The translations under genes and the position numbers were made by a program. The notes below the pieces were generated by a model. That model worked only from the letters and a program-made list of their open reading frames with translations. It had not been told where the DNA came from and ran no database searches. A stretch of DNA of 64,000 nucleotides from Candidatus Deferrimicrobiaceae bacterium (GTDB lineage Bacteria; Desulfobacterota; Deferrimicrobia; Deferrimicrobiales; Deferrimicrobiaceae). Position 1 is the stretch's first letter. Each line of letters opens with the position of its first letter. Location of the stretch: assembly GCA_963792415.1 (NCBI GenBank), contig CAWBVY010000006.1:480001-544000 (forward strand), given 5' to 3'. Below, piece by piece: positions 59,833 through 64,000 of the stretch.

Positions 59833-61197
59833 TCATTGGCCTGTCGCCTTCACGCCGGTCTGTAGTTTCTCGAATCTCTTCTCGAAGGCAAGCCGGTTGC
59901 GGCTGGCGGACCCCGCGAGGACGACCTCGACACGGCCGTCGGTCCCCTGCGCGAGGCGGACCCAGACGCGCTGGTGCGAGAGGAAGAACGCCATGATCAG
60001 CCCGATCACCATCAGGGCGCACCCCAGCCAGACGATGTTCACCCCGGGGTCCTTCGCGACCTGGAGCCCGGTGAACATCTTCGAACTTAAGCCCCGGAAG
60101 GAGAATACCAGGGAGTCGGCGCGTTGCCGGTCGAGGTCGGGTCGGCGCTGGACGAGCCAGAACGAGGCGGCCGGCTGCCCGGGCTTCTCGACGACCACCT
60201 GGAGGGCCGGACCGTTTCCCTGGAAGTTCTGATTGTAGTTCACCCCGGTCACGATCCCGTAGCCGTCGATCGGAACCGGCTCGTTGGCCGCGAGGGAGAG
60301 CATGTTCACCGGGGTCCCGTCCTTGCGGGCCACCGCCACCTGGGCCTTCGCGCCGCCCCCCGCCTGCCCGTAGCTCGACTGGTAGAACCAGATCCCCTTG
60401 TACTGCAGCGGGTCGTTCACCACGATCGTCTTCCGGACCACTTCCCGCCCCCCGTCGAGGACGCTGAGGTCGGATTTGTACGCCTTGGGCTGGCCGCTCG
60501 GGTACGTCTCGACGCTGAAGGAGTTGCACCGAAGCGTGAATCCGAGGTCCTGAATCAGGGTCCCCCCCCGGACGGGGACCTGCGTGATCGCGTCCCCCTC
60601 GGGGATGTTCACGTACCCCTTGAAACCGGCGACGTTGCCGACGATCGCCCCGATGAAGATGATGATGATGGAGAGGTGGGTCACATAGACGCCGAACCGG
60701 GAGGCCACACCGGTCTCGGCGTACAGGTGCACCTCGCCGCCTTCCTCGGTGACTTTCGGCTTCGCGAAGGCGCCTGAGAGCGTCTCCGCGTATTTCCCTG
60801 TCCACTCCGAAACGGTCCCCTTCTTCTTCCACCGGTCCGAGAGCGACAGCGATTTTTCGAGGCTCCCGTCGAGCTTCGTCCGCGGGTTCCGCACGACCTT
60901 GAGCATCTTCGGGAAACGGTCGATGGTGCAGCAGGTCAGGTTCACGGTGAACAGGACGAGAATCAGCAGGAACCACTTGGAGTGGTACATATCGAACAGG
61001 TTGATCCGGTCCATGAGGGCGAACGCCCAGTCCTCGTAGATCTGGTGGTACTTCTCGGGGGGCTGGTTCTGCTCGATGATCGTGCCGAGGATCGACGTGG
61101 ACGCAAGTACGATCAGGGTGAAGATCGCAAGCTTGACGGAGATAAAGAAGTCCCACACCCGATCCATCGGGGATGGAGTGCGTTTCTCATCAGCCAT
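59833..61197 (-). CDS. resB: Cytochrome c biogenesis protein ResB/CcsB
   Basis: FISVKLAI, SILGTIIEQ, DMYHSKWF, YVTHLSIIIIFIG, VNDPLQYKG, KDPGV. Confidence 0.93.
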   Translation of the reverse strand: MADEKRTPSPMDRVWDFFISVKLAIFTLIVLASTSILGTIIEQNQPPEKYHQIYEDWAFALMDRINLFDMYHSKWFLLILVLFTVNLTCCTIDRFPKMLKVVRNPRTKLDGSLEKSLSLSDRWKKKGTVSEWTGKYAETLSGAFAKPKVTEEGGEVHLYAETGVASRFGVYVTHLSIIIIFIGAIVGNVAGFKGYVNIPEGDAITQVPVRGGTLIQDLGFTLRCNSFSVETYPSGQPKAYKSDLSVLDGGREVVRKTIVVNDPLQYKGIWFYQSSYGQAGGGAKAQVAVARKDGTPVNMLSLAANEPVPIDGYGIVTGVNYNQNFQGNGPALQVVVEKPGQPAASFWLVQRRPDLDRQRADSLVFSFRGLSSKMFTGLQVAKDPGVNIVWLGCALMVIGLIMAFFLSHQRVWVRLAQGTDGRVEVVLAGSASRNRLAFEKRFEKLQTGVKATGQ

Positions 61198-61227
61198 GCG
61201 GGCCACCCTCAATTATTCGGAATAAAT

Positions 61228-61258
61228 ACTATATACTAGACTGATATCCTGACGTCAA
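61228..61258 (-). promoter_or_regulatory. Sigma-70-type promoter upstream of resB
   Basis: Minus strand TTGACG-N17-TATATA (overlapping TATAGT) in an AT-rich gap. Confidence 0.5.
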
Positions 61259-61298
61259 ACGGATACGCCATCCGCACCGAATCCGCACCGAAGAATAA

Positions 61299-61327
61299 GA
61301 GAGGGCGGGGATCTCCCCCGCCCTCTC
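61299..61327 (-). terminator. Terminator hairpin after the cytochrome c3 gene
   Basis: GAGAGGGCGGGG-ATCTC-CCCCGCCCTCTC 12-bp stem followed on the minus strand by TTATTCTT. Confidence 0.75.
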
Positions 61328-61353
61328 CCGGGTTACGCTGGATCGGGGTTCGC

Positions 61354-61701
61354 CTACTTCTTGTGGCAGCCGTCACACTTGGTGGGGCCTTTGGCCATCT
61401 TCTGGTGGCACCCCTTGCACTTCGTGTGCATGGAGTCCTTCAAAGAGACTGCGTCGCCCTTCTTCTCGGCCTTGTGGCAGGCGAAGCACGACTGCTCCTT
61501 GCCCGCTGCGTCCTTGTGGTGGCACTCCGCGCACTTGATGCCCAGCTTTTCCGCGTGCGCCTTGTGGGGAAATACCACCGGCGACTTGGACTTCTGGACG
61601 TCCTTGATCGTAGTGCTGTCAGGAGCATCCGCCGCGACGATCATGCTGGCCGAAAACACCGTCATCATCACGACTGCCATCAACATCGCGAATTTCTTCA
61701 T
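61354..61701 (-). CDS. Periplasmic tetraheme cytochrome c3 family protein
   Basis: Signal peptide; VVFPHKAH; CAECHH, CFACH, CKGCH, CDGCH plus four distal His. Confidence 0.93.
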   Translation of the reverse strand: MKKFAMLMAVVMMTVFSASMIVAADAPDSTTIKDVQKSKSPVVFPHKAHAEKLGIKCAECHHKDAAGKEQSCFACHKAEKKGDAVSLKDSMHTKCKGCHQKMAKGPTKCDGCHKK

Positions 61702-61744
61702 CCCTGCTCACCCCTTTCGAGTTTGTGGTCTACAGCATCGTGCT

Positions 61745-63562
61745 CTACAGCGATAGATTGCACCGTGCGCACCGTTCCGCTTCCTCGCGCGCGCACCGAT
61801 CCGTAAAGCTTCTTTCGACCTCGTCGAACGTCCGGCGCGCCACTTCGGGAGAGAGCCTTTCCGCCCCGCGCCGAACCCGCCATTCGGGGCGGTCGGTCAC
61901 CTGGGGCTCGGGGCGCCTGCGGTAGTTGTCCCTGTATCGCGCCCTTTTGACCTCTTTGACGGCGAGATCCTCGAAGATATTCAACGCCGCCTCCCGCCCG
62001 GAGGCGGACGCCTCGACCACGGTGCCGGGGCCGCGGACGCAATCACCGCACATATAACCGGCGATTCTAGGTTCCCCCCTGGGGAATTGCAAGCGGAAAA
62101 CGTGGCGTCCCGTGTCCGTGGGCTTCCAGGAGACTCCATCCGGCAGGAACGAGAGGTCGGCCCGGGTTCCGATCGCCATCACGACGGTGTCGGCCGGGAC
62201 CTCGAATTCGCTCCCGGGGACGGTCCGTGGGACGACCCTCCCGTCCGGGTCGAGATCGACCCGCTCCACCTTCAGCGCTTCGAACGCGGCCACCCTTCCA
62301 CCCTTCAGGAGGAAACGGTTCGCCGCGGTGCCCGGAAGGATCTTGGCCCCCTCCGAAACGGCCGCATCGATCTCCCACGCGAACGCCGGCATCGCCTCCC
62401 TGGATTCGAGACAGGCGATCGTCACTTCCGACGCGCCCATCCGGAGAGCGCACCGGGCCGCGTCGATCGCGACGTTCCCGCCGCCGATCACGACCACCCG
62501 CCCGTGGAGCGGGGGAAACCGGTGTTCCCGGACGCGCACGAGGAACGAAAGCGCGTCGTGGAATCCCTGGTCCTCCCCTCCCGCGGCAGGCAGCCGCAGC
62601 GCTTCGCGGGCTCCCACGGCGATCAGGACGGCGTCGAACCCCTCCCCGGCAAGGGAAGGGAACGTCACGTCCTTGCTGAAGGTGACCCCGCCCCGGAAGC
62701 GCACACCCCGGGCAAGGATTCGCGTCACGTCCGCGAGGAGCGCGTCCGCGGGGAACCGGAACTCCGCGGCGCCGTACCGCATCATCCCGCCGGGTTCCCC
62801 GTACGGATCGAACACCGTGACGATGGCGCCGAGCCGCGCAAGCGTGTCGGCGGCCGACAATCCCGACGCGCCGGCGCCGACGACCGCCACCCTGGGTCCC
62901 CGGACCTGGCCGCTTTCCCCGGTGCCCGGGAAAATTCCCGCCGCGTACCCAAGGTCCGCCGCGTACCGCTTGATCGCCATGATGGAAATCGGCGCGCCGA
63001 ATTCGTTCCGCACGCACACCTGCTCGCACGGATGTGGACAGGCGCGGCCGCAGAACGCCGCGAAGGGAAGTCTGTCGTGCACCAGCGCCAGCGCCTCGAG
63101 AGGCCGTCCTTCGCGCACGAGGGCGATGTAGTCCGGAACGCGGATGCGGGCCGGGCAGGCGCTCTCGCACGGAGCGGCGGCTTCGCGGGGGCCGCGCCGC
63201 GCGTCGACATACGCCATCCACCAGATCACGCCCGCCTCTACCAGGAGGAAGCCGTGTCCGTAGGTGATCCCGGATCCCACGTTGAGGACGAGACCCAGGG
63301 TCAGGGGAAGGAGGGCCGCCCAGAAGACTCCGTAGGCGATCCGGCCCGAGTAGAGATGCCCGAGCCCCGGGTAGACGAGCGAAAGGACCCCCGCCGTTTT
63401 GCGGATCCGCTCCCGCCCGATCTCCCACAGGAGACGGTCGCGCTGATCCAGCCGGCCGGAGCAGTCCCGGCACCGCTCCTCCTCGCCCGGGCGCAGGACC
63501 TCGCAGAGAACGCAATCCTTGTAGCCCGTTCGGAGGAGGTTTTCCGGAAGGAGGAAATCCAT
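61745..63562 (-). CDS. GltD/NfnB-like FAD/4Fe-4S oxidoreductase fused to an N-terminal Cys motif and TM anchor
   Basis: CVLC...CRDC, SLVYPGLGHLY plus TMs, then APCESACP, FCGRACPHPCEQVC, VGAGASGL, GGGNVAID, EEAERCARC. Confidence 0.85.
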   Translation of the reverse strand: MDFLLPENLLRTGYKDCVLCEVLRPGEEERCRDCSGRLDQRDRLLWEIGRERIRKTAGVLSLVYPGLGHLYSGRIAYGVFWAALLPLTLGLVLNVGSGITYGHGFLLVEAGVIWWMAYVDARRGPREAAAPCESACPARIRVPDYIALVREGRPLEALALVHDRLPFAAFCGRACPHPCEQVCVRNEFGAPISIMAIKRYAADLGYAAGIFPGTGESGQVRGPRVAVVGAGASGLSAADTLARLGAIVTVFDPYGEPGGMMRYGAAEFRFPADALLADVTRILARGVRFRGGVTFSKDVTFPSLAGEGFDAVLIAVGAREALRLPAAGGEDQGFHDALSFLVRVREHRFPPLHGRVVVIGGGNVAIDAARCALRMGASEVTIACLESREAMPAFAWEIDAAVSEGAKILPGTAANRFLLKGGRVAAFEALKVERVDLDPDGRVVPRTVPGSEFEVPADTVVMAIGTRADLSFLPDGVSWKPTDTGRHVFRLQFPRGEPRIAGYMCGDCVRGPGTVVEASASGREAALNIFEDLAVKEVKRARYRDNYRRRPEPQVTDRPEWRVRRGAERLSPEVARRTFDEVERSFTDRCAREEAERCARCNLSL

Positions 63563-63729
63563 GGCCGGATTATTCTTTACTCGCCTTTAGGAAAAAGCAA
63601 CTGATGTTGTGGGATTGCCCTCCTGCGCTCAACCACGGCTGCGGCCTTCGCGGCGGGTGGATGGTACAAAAAGATCGAAGCGACTACGGCAGGAAGGCCG
63701 ACGTGTGGCAGGCAGGTGTCCGCAATGGA

Positions 63730-63900
63730 TTACCGGAGCGAGGAGTGCTTGCGCTTCTTGTGTCGTAAAAAAATGGCACCTCCAACGATCGATATTCCAA
63801 TGAGCATCAATGCCTCCGAGTTGGAGATGACGGAGGTGGATGTTCCGACGGCAACAACACCCACGATCACTCCTGCAATCGAAAATAACAATAGGATCAT
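63730..63900 (-). CDS. 56-aa hydrophobic microprotein ending in TM plus basic cluster
   Basis: MILLLFSIAGVIVGVVAVGTSTSVISNSEALMLIGISIVGGAIFLRHKKRKHSSLR; GGAAGG RBS; below the ORF-track length cutoff. Confidence 0.55.
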   Translation of the reverse strand: MILLLFSIAGVIVGVVAVGTSTSVISNSEALMLIGISIVGGAIFLRHKKRKHSSLR

Positions 63901-63962
63901 GTGACACCTTCCATATCAGCAGGTTCGGGTACGGGCCCTTTTTCTGAACTGGAGAATTTATA

Positions 63963-63978
63963 TGCAAATATCGCACCG
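63963..63978 (-). promoter_or_regulatory. Possible sigma-54 promoter
   Basis: Minus strand CGGTGCGATATTTGCA = GG-N10-GC, about 60 nt upstream of the 56-aa ORF. Confidence 0.45.
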
Positions 63979-64000
63979 TTGCAGATCCATTTGGATATCA

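Noticed and set aside
61270-61292. Tandem ATCCGCACCGA duplication upstream of the resB promoter
   Set aside because: Only two copies of 11 nt; too little evidence to call a regulatory site or repeat family.
1557-63604. Many long plus-strand ORFs antisense to identified genes (e.g. 1557-3152, 14111-15790, 55751-58006, 62087-63604)
   Set aside because: Shadow ORFs typical of high-GC DNA; no family motifs, and the opposite strand encodes recognisable proteins.

Overview
High-GC bacterial chromosomal segment of deltaproteobacterial type (Desulfobacterota/Myxococcota-like gene content; an MBNT15/Ca. Deferrimicrobium-like origin is only an inference). Almost all genes are on the minus strand. In window order: (1) a Myxococcus-style type IV pilus cluster (pilM, XRE-HTH, PilR2/PilS2-like pair, two inserted plus-strand genes, pilD, pilI/H/G, pilA with sigma-54 promoter and terminator, pilR), preceded by dprA and a LysM protein instead of pilS; (2) housekeeping genes (tlyA, dxs, ispA, xseB, M23 peptidase, xseA, divergent deacetylase, ctpA, envC, ftsX, degenerate ftsE, murI); (3) NfnAB, engB and a TlpA-SurA-like-PqqD-DUF362-polyferredoxin operon; (4) a lower-GC Wzm/Wzt surface-glycan island; (5) a cytochrome c locus (membrane-anchored GltD-like flavoprotein, tetraheme c3, resB, ccsA). 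The best find lies in block 5: an unannotated 46-codon membrane microprotein directly after ccsA with an in-frame UGA in a U-x-x-C-I-G-I-G motif followed by a SECIS-like hairpin, i.e. a probable selenoprotein, coupled to a membrane 4Fe-4S protein and glycosyltransferases. Several genes carry frameshifts that most likely reflect sequencing or assembly indels. No rRNA, tRNA, CRISPR array or transposase was recognised.
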